Assembly (NCBI GenBank): GCA_944387395.1 | Contig: CALXEU010000066.1 | Location: 1 to 54,185, forward strand | Reading direction: 5' to 3' | Length of the DNA stretch: 54,185 bases | Source of the DNA: an uncultured Clostridia bacterium | Lineage (GTDB): Bacteria > Bacillota > Clostridia > TANB77 > CAG-508 | Shown here: positions 31,961 through 42,410 of the stretch, piece by piece | Layout: every line of letters starts with the position of its first letter | Numbering within the stretch: position 1 is the stretch's first letter | Notes under the pieces: model-generated | Database searches by the model: none | What the model was told of the DNA's origin: nothing | What the model saw: the letters and a program-made list of their open reading frames with translations, nothing else | Position numbers and translations under genes: made by a program

Positions 31961-33307
31961 TTAATAATCGTCTGGACCATTTCTATACATCTCAATATTT
32001 CCGAATTTAGTATATTGTCCCATCCATGCAAGCTCAACTGTTCCTGTAGAACCTGCTCTTTGTTTTGCAATTATTACCTCAGCAATATTCTTTTTAGTAG
32101 ATTCTTCGTTATAATAGTCGTCTCTATATAAAAACATTACTATGTCTGCGTCTTGTTCTATAGAACCAGATTCACGTAAATCAGAAAGCATTGGTCTATG
32201 ATCATCTCTTGATTCAACAGCTCTAGATAACTGTGATAAAGCTATAACTGGTACATTTAACTCCTTGGCTAAAATTTTTAATGATCTACTTATTTCTGCA
32301 ATTTCTTGTACCCTATTGTTTGCATTTTTTGCGCTTCCTTGTATGAGCTGTAAGTAGTCAATTATTATTAGTCCTATGTTCTTTTCTAGTTTCATTTTCC
32401 TACATTTTGCACGAATTTCCATTACAGAAATTCCAGGTGTATCGTCTACATATATTGGTGCTTGCGACAATTCACCAGAAGTCTCTGCTAATTTTGAAAG
32501 TTCTTCATCACTTAATTTCCCTGTTCTTACATTATTGCTGTCTACTAGTGCTTCACTACATAAAATTCTGTTTGCAAGTTGGTCTTTTGACATTTCTAGG
32601 CTAAAAATAGCTACTGGTACATTTGCTCTTGTTGCAGCATATGTTCCTATATTTAATGCAAATGCTGTTTTTCCCATAGCAGGTCTTGCTGCAATTAAAA
32701 TTAATTCTGAACCATGTAATCCCGCTGTCTTATCATCTAACTTTATAAATCCTGTAGGCACACCTGTTACATGTTGTTTTTGATTATACAACTCTTCTAG
32801 TCTTGTAAATGATTCTACTAATATGTCCGAAATAGATGTATATCCAGTTTGACTTTTACGCTGAATTACGTTAAATATTTTCTTTTCTGCATTGTCCATT
32901 ATATCTTCAACTTCATCTGTTTGCTCATATCCCATGTCTATGATTTCATTAGCTGTTTTTATTAGATTACGAAGCATGGATTTTTCTTCAACTATTTTTA
33001 TATATCTATCAACATTTGAAGTTGTTGGTACTTTTTCTGGCAATTCAACTATGTATTCTAATCCTCCAACTGCATCGAATTTTCCCATTGATGTAAGCTC
33101 GGCTTTAAGTGTTATAACATCTATTGGCTGTGCTTTATTATATAAATTCATAATTGCTGAATATATTATTTTGTTATCTTCTCTATAGAAGTCTTCTGGT
33201 TTTAACTTTTCTACAGCAGCTGTTACCGCATCTTGATCTGTTAACATACAACCAATTACTGCTTGCTCAGCTTCTATATCATGAGGTGGTACTTTTCCTA
33301 GTTCCAT
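31961..33307 (-). CDS. dnaB: Replicative DNA helicase (start MELGKVPP at 33307)
   Basis: AARPAMGKT, IDYLQL, LSQLSR, SDLRESGSIEQDAD. Confidence 0.97.
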   Translation of the reverse strand: MELGKVPPHDIEAEQAVIGCMLTDQDAVTAAVEKLKPEDFYREDNKIIYSAIMNLYNKAQPIDVITLKAELTSMGKFDAVGGLEYIVELPEKVPTTSNVDRYIKIVEEKSMLRNLIKTANEIIDMGYEQTDEVEDIMDNAEKKIFNVIQRKSQTGYTSISDILVESFTRLEELYNQKQHVTGVPTGFIKLDDKTAGLHGSELILIAARPAMGKTAFALNIGTYAATRANVPVAIFSLEMSKDQLANRILCSEALVDSNNVRTGKLSDEELSKLAETSGELSQAPIYVDDTPGISVMEIRAKCRKMKLEKNIGLIIIDYLQLIQGSAKNANNRVQEIAEISRSLKILAKELNVPVIALSQLSRAVESRDDHRPMLSDLRESGSIEQDADIVMFLYRDDYYNEESTKKNIAEVIIAKQRAGSTGTVELAWMGQYTKFGNIEMYRNGPDDY

Positions 33308-33339
33308 TATTTGTCGCTTTCCTTTCAATTTTAGTCATA

Positions 33340-33786
33340 TTATTCTGCAAGAATGTCTATTTTCAAACTTCCAACTACTCCTTCGTATAGTTTTATTTCT
33401 ACACTAAATGTTCCTAGATTTTTTATTGTTTCATTTAAAACTATTTTCTTTTTGTCTACATCAATTTTATAATCTTTCTTTAGTCCTTCTGAAATCTCTT
33501 TAGATGTTACTCCTCCAAATATTTTTCCGTTTTCTCCTGCTTTTACTTTTATTTTTAGCATTATTCCTTTTAACTTTTTAGCAATTTCTTCTGCCTCTTT
33601 TTTTTCTGTATCTTTTTTAAATTGTTTAGAATCATTTTTTGATTTTAATTTACTCATATTTTCTGCATTTGCTTCTACTGCTAGTTTTTTTGGAAGCAAG
33701 TAATTTCTTGCATATCCATCTGCTGCCTCCAATACTTGATCTTTTTTTCCTACTCCCTTTATATCTGCTTGTAATATAACTTTCAT
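33340..33786 (-). CDS. rplI: 50S ribosomal protein L9
   Basis: MKVIL, GYARNYLLPK, GKIFG. Confidence 0.97.
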   Translation of the reverse strand: MKVILQADIKGVGKKDQVLEAADGYARNYLLPKKLAVEANAENMSKLKSKNDSKQFKKDTEKKEAEEIAKKLKGIMLKIKVKAGENGKIFGGVTSKEISEGLKKDYKIDVDKKKIVLNETIKNLGTFSVEIKLYEGVVGSLKIDILAE

Positions 33787-33817
33787 ATAATTCTCTCCTC
33801 TAATTTTTTATGCTATT

Positions 33818-33846
33818 ATTTTACTTTAAATTACGCAAAATTTCAA
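33818..33846 (-). promoter_or_regulatory. Internal promoter for rplI-dnaB-tilS
   Basis: TTGAAA-17 nt-TAAAAT. Confidence 0.5.
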
Positions 33847-33877
33847 GTTTATTTTAGACTATATTAACTTATATTAC

Positions 33878-33941
33878 AATAAATTACTGTCTAGACAATG
33901 TATAATAGAAATTTATATACTTGTCTAAACAGTAATTTATT
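33878..33941. terminator. Long inverted repeat between gdpP and rplI (terminator or processing hairpin)
   Basis: AATAAATTACTGTCTAGACAA / TTGTCTAAACAGTAATTTATT, one mismatch on the plus strand. Confidence 0.65.
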
Positions 33942-33959
33942 TGAATTATTTAAATAATT

Positions 33960-35984
33960 TTAAGACACTTCTGTAAAATACTCATTTATTCTATTTATTA
34001 ATTCTTGTTTTACTTCTTCTATATCCATTCCTTCAATTTGAGCACCTGCAACGGTTATATGTCCTCCACCGCCTAGTTTTTCTAGTATAAGTTGTACATT
34101 TATATCTCCTATAGATCTGCCACTTATACATATTTTATCTCCTAATTTTCCTATTACAAATGAAGCAGTAATATTGCTTATCGTTAAAAGTTCATCCGCT
34201 GCTTTTGCACAGGTTATATTGGCATCTGGATCATCTTTATTGTATAAAGAAATTGCTATTGTTTCATCAACTATTTCTGAGTTTGCGACTATTTCTGATA
34301 TTTTGTTATATGTTTGCAAATCACTTTGGAACCATTTTTTTACTTTAATTATATCTACTCCGCATTTTCTTAAATAAGCAGCTGCTTCAAAAGTTCTTAC
34401 ACCTGTTTTAAATGTAAAGTTTTTTGTGTCCATCATTATTCCTGCATATAATGCTTCTACTTCTTCTGTTTTTAGCTTTATGTCTTTTTCAGAGTATTCT
34501 ATTAATTCTGTAACAAGCTCACATGCAGATGAAGCATATACTTCGTGAAATGTTAACATTGAATTTTCAATATAATCTGTTCCTCTTCTATGATGATCTA
34601 TAATTGCAATCTTATCTGTTTTGTCTAATAATTCAGGAGCATCTACATAGTTCTTTTTGTCTGTATCTACAATTACTAGTAGAGATTCTTGAGTTATTAA
34701 ATCTAACGCTTTTTCTTTTTTAACTAATACATCTTTGTATTCTTCTATTTGGCTTATATCCATAATAAAAGAATCCAAACTAGTACCTGCTGTTTCACTT
34801 ACTATAAAAGCTGGTTTTTCTAAGGTTTTTGCTATTCTATATATACCAAAAGCAGCTCCCATTGCATCAATATCACTATTTGTATGTCCCATTATTATTA
34901 TATTAGAGGCACCATTCATTAATTCTTCTAAGGCTTGGGCAACTATTCTTGCCTTTACCTTTGTTCTTTTTTCTATTTCTTGAGTTCTTCCTCCAAAGAA
35001 ATAATATTTTCCGCTTTGTTTTATTATAGCTTGGTCTCCACCACGTCCAAGCGCTATGTCTATCACTGCTTTTGCAGATTTATATTTTTCAGAATTTATC
35101 TCTCCATCTTCTGAAATTGCAATACTTAATGTTGCTTGGATTTTATCCTGTGTTTTTATATTTTTTATTTCATCTAAAATTGTAAATTTGTCTTGCTTTA
35201 TTTGTTCTACAAATTGCTGTTCAAATACACATACGTATGTATCTCTTTCTGATTTTATAGAAATTCCATTATATTTTGCTACCCAAGAATAAATGTTTTT
35301 CTCTATTTCCGAAGTTATTTCTAGTTTTTCTTCTTCTGTAGTTCTTTGCATCATTTCTTCATAATTGTCTATTACAATTATTCCCATGCATATTCTACTG
35401 TCACTATATTTTTTTAGCAAATCTTCATATTCGGTTTCATCTAGAAAATAAATTGTCACCATATATTCTTTAGAATTTTTGTATTCCTTATTTCTTACTT
35501 TTGTATATTCTCCAATAATCTTATATTTCTTTCCTCCTATAGTTGCTTTTTCGTATATAATGTCATTATTTGATTTTTCACTTTCTTCTATTTTAATTTT
35601 TATCTCTTTAACTACATCATTTAGATTATTTCCAATGTCTGTATTTGCAAATTCTTTGGCAAATCGACTACTTTTCCATATAATCTTACCTGTCGTATCT
35701 AATATTACAAGAGGAAATGGTGAATTTATTATTGTACTTTGTGCTGCTTTATCTACATTTACGGTAATTTCATTTATATGCTTTGTGATTTCTGCTTGTC
35801 TTTTATTATTAGCCCATATCGTATATGCAACAACTAATATAAAAACAATAATAGATGGTATTATTGCTTTTGGTTCCATTATACATAATATTAATAATAT
35901 TATAAATATTATTATCAAATATATCTTTGTTCTAGATACTAATTTTTCTAAATTTAATTTTTCTTTCGGCATATTTATCTCCAT
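33960..35984 (-). CDS. gdpP: c-di-AMP phosphodiesterase GdpP (DHH/DHHA1)
   Basis: Two TM segments, ALGRGGDQ degenerate GGDEF domain, IIDHHR, GGGGH; upstream of rplI. Confidence 0.93.
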   Translation of the reverse strand: MEINMPKEKLNLEKLVSRTKIYLIIIFIILLILCIMEPKAIIPSIIVFILVVAYTIWANNKRQAEITKHINEITVNVDKAAQSTIINSPFPLVILDTTGKIIWKSSRFAKEFANTDIGNNLNDVVKEIKIKIEESEKSNNDIIYEKATIGGKKYKIIGEYTKVRNKEYKNSKEYMVTIYFLDETEYEDLLKKYSDSRICMGIIVIDNYEEMMQRTTEEEKLEITSEIEKNIYSWVAKYNGISIKSERDTYVCVFEQQFVEQIKQDKFTILDEIKNIKTQDKIQATLSIAISEDGEINSEKYKSAKAVIDIALGRGGDQAIIKQSGKYYFFGGRTQEIEKRTKVKARIVAQALEELMNGASNIIIMGHTNSDIDAMGAAFGIYRIAKTLEKPAFIVSETAGTSLDSFIMDISQIEEYKDVLVKKEKALDLITQESLLVIVDTDKKNYVDAPELLDKTDKIAIIDHHRRGTDYIENSMLTFHEVYASSACELVTELIEYSEKDIKLKTEEVEALYAGIMMDTKNFTFKTGVRTFEAAAYLRKCGVDIIKVKKWFQSDLQTYNKISEIVANSEIVDETIAISLYNKDDPDANITCAKAADELLTISNITASFVIGKLGDKICISGRSIGDINVQLILEKLGGGGHITVAGAQIEGMDIEEVKQELINRINEYFTEVS

Positions 35985-36033
35985 TAATAATTAATATACC
36001 ACTATTTTACCTCATTTTAGGCGTTTTGTCAAT

Positions 36034-37017
36034 TTATATGCCCACCTTATTATCTTTTATTAGCACTAGTTTTGTATTTCTTCTATTTTCTATTTTCTTT
36101 GGATTATTATTACTTATAATCTGGAATCTAGGTATGTTTCTATTTTCTCTTTTCTTTATAGCTTTTGTAACTTTAAATTCATTTTCTATACCTGATAATA
36201 TATATGTTTTTTGTTTTATGTATATCTCACAAATTGATTTTATAGTTTGAATGTAAATATCACTTTTTTTACAATCTTCAACCGAATAAGTAACATTCAA
36301 TCCACAAACAATTGGTAAAATTATCTCTAAAATAATCTCGTAAAAATTATTTATTTTTTTTGTTGCAATTATTCTTCGAGGTCTAAAATTCCATAATCGT
36401 ATTTGTTTTTTTACTTTTAAAGCAAAGTCAACCAGGCTATTATTTTCCATACATAACTCTTTGCTTGTACTTACAATAATGGTTTTACTGTTTGCCATAC
36501 CTTTCATTATTTTGTTTTCTCTACTGTTTTCTATATATCTTCCTACATTTAATAATTTTTCATAATTTACTACATTTGGATTATTGCTTGAATCAAAATT
36601 TATTAGATTTATGTCTTTTATTTTGCTTTTTTTATTTATTTTATATATTTCTAGAATTTGTTCTTCAATTTTATTAGAATAAAATATTGTTTTTATATTA
36701 TATTTTTTTATTGTTTTTTCTATTTCTATAACGTCTGTTTCTATTGGTATTATTACTATTGTATTTTGTAATATGCAATTTGCTAAATATGTAACTTGCC
36801 ATTCATATCTGTTTTCAGATATTATGGCTATAGTATTATTATCGTCCTTATTATGGAACCTATTTATTGAAATAGCTAATGAATAAATGTCGAATTTATA
36901 ATTAAAAAAATTTATATCTTTATTTATATCATTTACTTTAATTTCTACCGCTTTTCTTACTTTAAAGTCGTTACTTCCGTTTTCTATAATACTCTTAATG
37001 TCCTTAGTATTTTTCAC
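36034..37017 (-). CDS. Degenerate AMP-binding (acyl-CoA synthetase-like) N-terminal domain protein
   Basis: IAIISENRYEWQVTYLA resembles long-chain acyl-CoA synthetases; no TSGTT loop; promoter TTGACG-17-TATACT at 37079-37051. Confidence 0.5.
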   Translation of the reverse strand: MKNTKDIKSIIENGSNDFKVRKAVEIKVNDINKDINFFNYKFDIYSLAISINRFHNKDDNNTIAIISENRYEWQVTYLANCILQNTIVIIPIETDVIEIEKTIKKYNIKTIFYSNKIEEQILEIYKINKKSKIKDINLINFDSSNNPNVVNYEKLLNVGRYIENSRENKIMKGMANSKTIIVSTSKELCMENNSLVDFALKVKKQIRLWNFRPRRIIATKKINNFYEIILEIILPIVCGLNVTYSVEDCKKSDIYIQTIKSICEIYIKQKTYILSGIENEFKVTKAIKKRENRNIPRFQIISNNNPKKIENRRNTKLVLIKDNKVGI

Positions 37018-37194
37018 ATTAAAAATCCTTTCTACTTTCTTTTATTTAAAAGTATAAGACTAAAAGTTTTACTCGTCAATGAAATTCGTGCGTTAAATTA
37101 TTGTATATTTCAGCATTTTTTAAGCATTATCGACATTTTTCTATTTATTATTACATAATTTTCTAATTTATTTAATTAATAATTAAACAAATTA

Positions 37195-37243
37195 AAAAAA
37201 GTTACCTTTAGACATTTTATTTTTAGTCTAAATTGTAACTTTT
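37195..37243 (-). terminator. Terminator after the GGDEF gene
   Basis: AAAAGTTAC..TTTAGAC / GTCTAAA..GTAACTTTT imperfect stem with a minus-strand U-tract. Confidence 0.65.
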
Positions 37244-37251
37244 AACTATTA

Positions 37252-38211
37252 TTACATTTTTGTTGTTATTGATACTAAATTTACATCTTCATGTTTTCTT
37301 CTATCTATTACGTATGTACTTCCTGGAATTGTTTTTGATAGGTGTTTTACTTGTGCTCCTGCTTCTCCTATTTCTAGTGTATTCTTAAATCTTTTTGGTT
37401 CAACTTCTACTGCTCCTATAGATATTGAAGTAAGAGGAAATTGTTCCATAATACCTTTTCTATTTGGTACTTCTATATATCCTTTTTTTACATCTTCTTC
37501 ATTAAAGTATTTTCCAACATTCGCATCGAATTCTATTATTATATTTTGACATATTTTTTCAAAGTCTTCGTCTTCAACTATTGCTATAAAGTCATCTCCT
37601 CCAATATGTCCTACAAAATTGTTGTCCTCCTCTTTATAATGTACATTCTTTGATATAGTTCTTGCTGTAAATTTTATTATTTCATCTCCGTTTGAGAATC
37701 CATATGCATCATTATATGCTTTAAAGTTGTCTAAATCTATATATAACATCGCAAAATATTCTTTTCTTGCTAGTCTCTTTTTCATTTCAGCTTGAATTTG
37801 TACATTTCCTGGCAAGTTTGTTAATGGACTTACCTTTCTGTTTATAAATAACAAGTTTATTGTATTTTTTATTATATAGTATATATAATCTCTATCTATT
37901 GGATTTTCAATTACATAATTAGCACCTTTGGCTAGTTCTTCTATTTTATGACTTCTATCTTTGCATGATGTTATTACAATAATTGGAGTTATAGCATTGT
38001 CGTCATTGTCTCTAATTTTATAGCATAGTTTACATGCATCTTCCTCTATTGTATCTTCGTTTATTATAATTAGAGCTGGTATGTCCTTTAGTGCTGTATC
38101 TATTTCTTCAGTTTTTATTTGCTTAAAGCTGTATACTTTTTCTTCTTTAAATATATTTTTTAATTGTTCTTTTAATTCTTGTTCATTATCTATAATGTAA
38201 ATATTTTGCAT
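37252..38211 (-). CDS. Receiver-like domain plus GGDEF-family diguanylate cyclase
   Basis: SPLTNLPG, DLDNFKAYNDAYG..GD, HIGGDDF. Confidence 0.88.
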   Translation of the reverse strand: MQNIYIIDNEQELKEQLKNIFKEEKVYSFKQIKTEEIDTALKDIPALIIINEDTIEEDACKLCYKIRDNDDNAITPIIVITSCKDRSHKIEELAKGANYVIENPIDRDYIYYIIKNTINLLFINRKVSPLTNLPGNVQIQAEMKKRLARKEYFAMLYIDLDNFKAYNDAYGFSNGDEIIKFTARTISKNVHYKEEDNNFVGHIGGDDFIAIVEDEDFEKICQNIIIEFDANVGKYFNEEDVKKGYIEVPNRKGIMEQFPLTSISIGAVEVEPKRFKNTLEIGEAGAQVKHLSKTIPGSTYVIDRRKHEDVNLVSITTKM

Positions 38212-38235
38212 TATATTCCTCCGTTTTAAGAAAAA

Positions 38236-39192
38236 CTAGTATGTATATTGTCCTATATATTCTGTTACTTGTTCATTTATGTTATATGCATGGACTTTTA
38301 TTATTGTTTCTCCTGGTTCTACTTTTTGTCTCCATTCAAAAGTCTTCTCATTTATTGATATATTCGGATCTGTTTGATATAAATGATCTCCTATATAATA
38401 TGCCACCATTCTTAATCCTTCTTCATCTGATGCTTTTATAATCAAGTACGAAGGATCTTCTGGATCTGGGACCACCTCTATAACAGGTTTTGTTGCTCCT
38501 TTGATTTCTTGTTCTTTGATTGCTACATTTTGTGCTTTATCAGTTGCTTCTACTTTTATACTTATTTGTCCTTGGCTGACTGGTATCAACACTTCTATTA
38601 CAGCAGGATCTTCTTCATTTGCTTCAACTATTTGTTCTTCCCCCTCACCCACTGTATATGATACATAATCTAATTCTCTATCATCTGTTACTACTATCTT
38701 TATATTCTCATCTACAACTTCAAATTCAATTTCAGGTTCTGTTAAATCTTCTCCTTCTAAGAAATAATTCTTTACATAACTCTTCTTTATTCCATTCGAA
38801 TCAGTGACTTCTATATTTAGTTTACTGTTTCCAACTGGTAGTGTCACGTTAAAACTTAGTGAAGTTTTATTTTGTCCTGCAACATTTTGTAGTTGAACAC
38901 TATCGTTCCAGTAATATGTTACATTTTTTATTCCATCTTTATTTTCTATATTTATCTGTAGTTCTTTTCCTTTTTTATTAATTGTAACAACTGGTACAGA
39001 CGCTAATTTTTTGCTTTGCGCATCTTGTACTAGTGCATATACTCCATTTCCTGCTAAAATAAAACCAAATAGCATTATAATAATTGCAAAAAATTTACAA
39101 ATTGTTCTAATTTCTATTGGTCCATCATTGTAAGTTTTATTTTTCTTTTTTTGATTTAGATTTTGATTATCTGTCATAAGAATTTGATTCAT
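38236..39192 (-). CDS. Membrane-anchored hypothetical protein with repeated beta-rich (Ig-like) domains
   Basis: Single TM helix; three similar units (NKDGIKNVTY, DDRELDYVSY, DEEGLRMVAY). Confidence 0.7.
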   Translation of the reverse strand: MNQILMTDNQNLNQKKKNKTYNDGPIEIRTICKFFAIIIMLFGFILAGNGVYALVQDAQSKKLASVPVVTINKKGKELQINIENKDGIKNVTYYWNDSVQLQNVAGQNKTSLSFNVTLPVGNSKLNIEVTDSNGIKKSYVKNYFLEGEDLTEPEIEFEVVDENIKIVVTDDRELDYVSYTVGEGEEQIVEANEEDPAVIEVLIPVSQGQISIKVEATDKAQNVAIKEQEIKGATKPVIEVVPDPEDPSYLIIKASDEEGLRMVAYYIGDHLYQTDPNISINEKTFEWRQKVEPGETIIKVHAYNINEQVTEYIGQYTY

Positions 39193-39378
39193 TTTATTTT
39201 ATCTCCTTTGTTGTAATTACACTTTAGATTATAACATAGCAATTTTTTAAAGTAAATATTTTTTTATATTTTATCTATTCTTTTAAATATTAAAATTTAT
39301 AGCATATTTTGTTGATTTTTATTTTTCGTTAATATACAATATCAGTATTAAAAGCATTATACGATTACTGGAGGTTAT

Positions 39379-41596
39379 ATGAAAAATTATAGTAAGAAAA
39401 AAGGAATTCAAATAGATAATAAGCCAAAACATTTACTTATTTTTGCAGTTGTTTTTATTTTTTTATTTTTACTTTTAATCTTTAGATTGTTTTGGGTTCA
39501 ATTTATAGATGGTGAAAAATTAAAAGAAATGGCTTATAAACAAATTACAGCAAATTTAACTATACAACCTAAAAGAGGTACTATTTATGATGCAACAGGA
39601 AAAGCTTTGGCAGTTAGTTCAGATGTAGATACAATTACTATCAATCCTTCATTAATATCTGTAAAGGATGATACAGAGGCAACAAATGCATTAAAGGCAA
39701 AAGTTGCTCGGAGCTCTTTCTGATATTTTTGAACTAAATTATGACGAAGTTTTTGAGAAAGTAAATAGTTCGAAATCGGTTGAAACAATTATACAGAAAG
39801 TAGATTCTGATAAGGTTTCTGAGTTGCAAAATTGGATGAAAGAAAATGAAGTTTATTCTGGAATAAATATTGATGAAGATACTAAGAGAACTTATCCATA
39901 TAATAACCTTGCTTCGAATTTAATTGGATTTACTGGCAGTGATAGTAATGGTTTAGCTGGTATTGAATATTATTGGGATTCTACTTTAACTGGTACCAAT
40001 GGAAGAATTACAACCTCAATAGATGCTACTCAAGATACAATTCCAGATGAAAGCGAAAAATATTTTGATGCTTTGGATGGAAGTAATATTACTCTTTCAA
40101 TTGATGTAAATATTCAATCAATTGTTGAAAAATATTTAAAACAAGCAGTAACAGACAATAATTGCAAAAATGGTGGCTCAATGATTTTGATGAACCCTTC
40201 TACTGGAGATATTCTAGCTATGGCTACATACCCTGATTATAATTTAAATACTCCTTTTACTCCTAATGAAAGTTTGAGTTTGGTTTGGGATACATTATCT
40301 AGTGAAGAAAAAACTAATAGTTTATATAAAATGTATAGTAATAAATGTGTTAATGAAACTTACGAACCCGGTTCTGTTTTTAAAATTATTTTAGCATCAA
40401 TAGCTTTAGAAGAAAATATAACACAAACAGATATTTCTGGTGATTTCTATTGTCCTGGCTATGAGATGGTTAATGGAATAAAAATAAAATGTGCAAACAC
40501 TTCAGGTCATGGCAGTCAGTCTTTAAGGAATGCTTTAGAAAATTCATGTAACCCAGCTTTAATTCAACTTGGTCAAAGAATTGGTGCAGATACATTATAT
40601 AAATATTTCGGTGCATTCGGGTTATTTGATAGAACGGGAATTACTACTTCCGGAGAAGCATCTAGTCAGTTCCATTCTTTAGATTCTGTTGGAAATGTTG
40701 AGCTTGCAACAATTTCATTTGGTCAAAGATTTACAATTACTCCTTTGCAAATGATTACTGCTGCATGTGCTATTGCAAATGATGGAGTTCTTGTTAAACC
40801 TAGAGTCGTAACTAAAATAGAGGACCCTAATACAGGAACTATTACAAATGTTGATGTAGAAGAAGTGCGCCAGGTAATTTCAAGTTCTACCGCAGCTCAA
40901 GTCCGTAGTATGATGAGGTCTGTTGTTGTAGATGGCGGTGGTCAATCTGGTTATGTTAAAGGATACGATATAGGTGGAAAAACAGGAACTTCTGAACCAA
41001 ATTCTTCTAATGAAGATGCAGGATATGTTGCTTCTTTCTTAGCTATTGCACCAGTTGAAAATACTCAAGTTGTTGCTTTACTTTCCTTATATGGACCTCA
41101 AGGTGATTCTCATTATGGAGGTACTATAGCAGCTCCTGTTGTAGCTCAGGTATTATCTGAAGTATTACCTTATTTAGGAATTCCATCTAATGATGATAAT
41201 TCGGACTCTAATTCAATTACAATACCTGATTTACAAAATAAAACTGTTGCTGAAGCAAAAGCAATATTAGATGAGCAAGAAATTTCTTTAATTACTTCTG
41301 CAGAAGATTCAGAAATAATTACATCTCAAACTCCAAAAGCCGGTGTTTCTATATCTAGCAATGGTGTTGTAATGGCTTATACTGAGCAACACGGTGACTC
41401 TGTTTCTACTACAGTTCCTGATTTAAAGGGCAAGAGTTTATATCAGGCTATAACAGCTTTAAAAAATGCTAACCTAAATGTTCAAACAACTGGTTCAGGT
41501 ACTGTTGTATCACAGGATATATCTGCTGGAGTTTCTGTTGAACAGGGTACTGTTGTAAAAATTACTCTGCAAAATGTAACTAGTGAATTACATTAA
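39379..41596 (+). CDS. Class B penicillin-binding protein, SpoVD/FtsI type with PASTA domains, split into ORFs 39379-39723 and 39704-41596 by a +1 frame change at 39709
   Basis: TM anchor, PKRGTIYD, SVFK, SCN, KTGT, two PASTA repeats; skipping one base gives 738 aa. Confidence 0.9.
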
Positions 41597-41640
41597 TAAA
41601 AAATAAAAATAGCAAAATTTAATTTGCTATTTTTATTTTT
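41597..41640. terminator. Bidirectional terminator between the PBP and SDR genes
   Basis: AAAATAAAAATAGCAAA / TTTGCTATTTTTATTTT. Confidence 0.8.
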
Positions 41641-42410
41641 TATTGTATTTTCCTTCTCTGTATTCCATAGCAGACATAAGCAGATAACTGATCCGGTAAA
41701 ATTTTGGCTCCAATCCTTCCAAACCAAATAAGTAGACTTGGAAATATTAAAGTTCTTCCTTTAAACATTTTATTTACTGCATATTTTGCTACTTGCCTAG
41801 AATCTGCTTCTTTTAGACTAAATTTGACATCAGCTACTTTCATAAAATTAGTTTTTACAGGTCCAGGACATAGTGCAACTATCTTTACATTAGAATGTTT
41901 TCTTGTAAGTTCATGCCTTATGCTTTGAGTTAATCTTACAACATAAGCTTTTGTTGAATAATATGTTGCCATAAGAGGTCCTGGCATGAATCCTGCTATT
42001 GAAGCTACGTTCATAATGTAACCTCTATTTCCCTTTACCATATCTTTCAAAAATAATTTTGTAAGTATATGTAGGGCAGTAATGTTTGTATCTATCATAT
42101 CAATTTCTTTATATAAATCTGTATCTGTAAAATTACCACATGTTCCAAATCCTGCATCATTTACCAGAATATCTATTAAGCCATATTTATTCTTAATGTC
42201 TTCATGTAACTTTATGCACCCTTCTCTATTTTTTAAATCAAGAATTCTAACATCTACATTTATTTTATATTTTGTTTCTAGATTTTGTTTTAGTTCATTT
42301 AATGCTTTTTCTCCTCTGGCTACTGCTACAATATTATAACCTCTTTTGGCAAGTTCTATAGCAATATCTCTACCAATTCCTGAAGAAGCTCCTGTAACTA
42401 GTGCAATCAT
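41640..42410 (-). CDS. Short-chain dehydrogenase/reductase
   Basis: TGASSGIG, YYSTK (YxxxK), CPGPV; overlaps the clpC stop. Confidence 0.93.
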   Translation of the reverse strand: MIALVTGASSGIGRDIAIELAKRGYNIVAVARGEKALNELKQNLETKYKINVDVRILDLKNREGCIKLHEDIKNKYGLIDILVNDAGFGTCGNFTDTDLYKEIDMIDTNITALHILTKLFLKDMVKGNRGYIMNVASIAGFMPGPLMATYYSTKAYVVRLTQSIRHELTRKHSNVKIVALCPGPVKTNFMKVADVKFSLKEADSRQVAKYAVNKMFKGRTLIFPSLLIWFGRIGAKILPDQLSAYVCYGIQRRKIQ

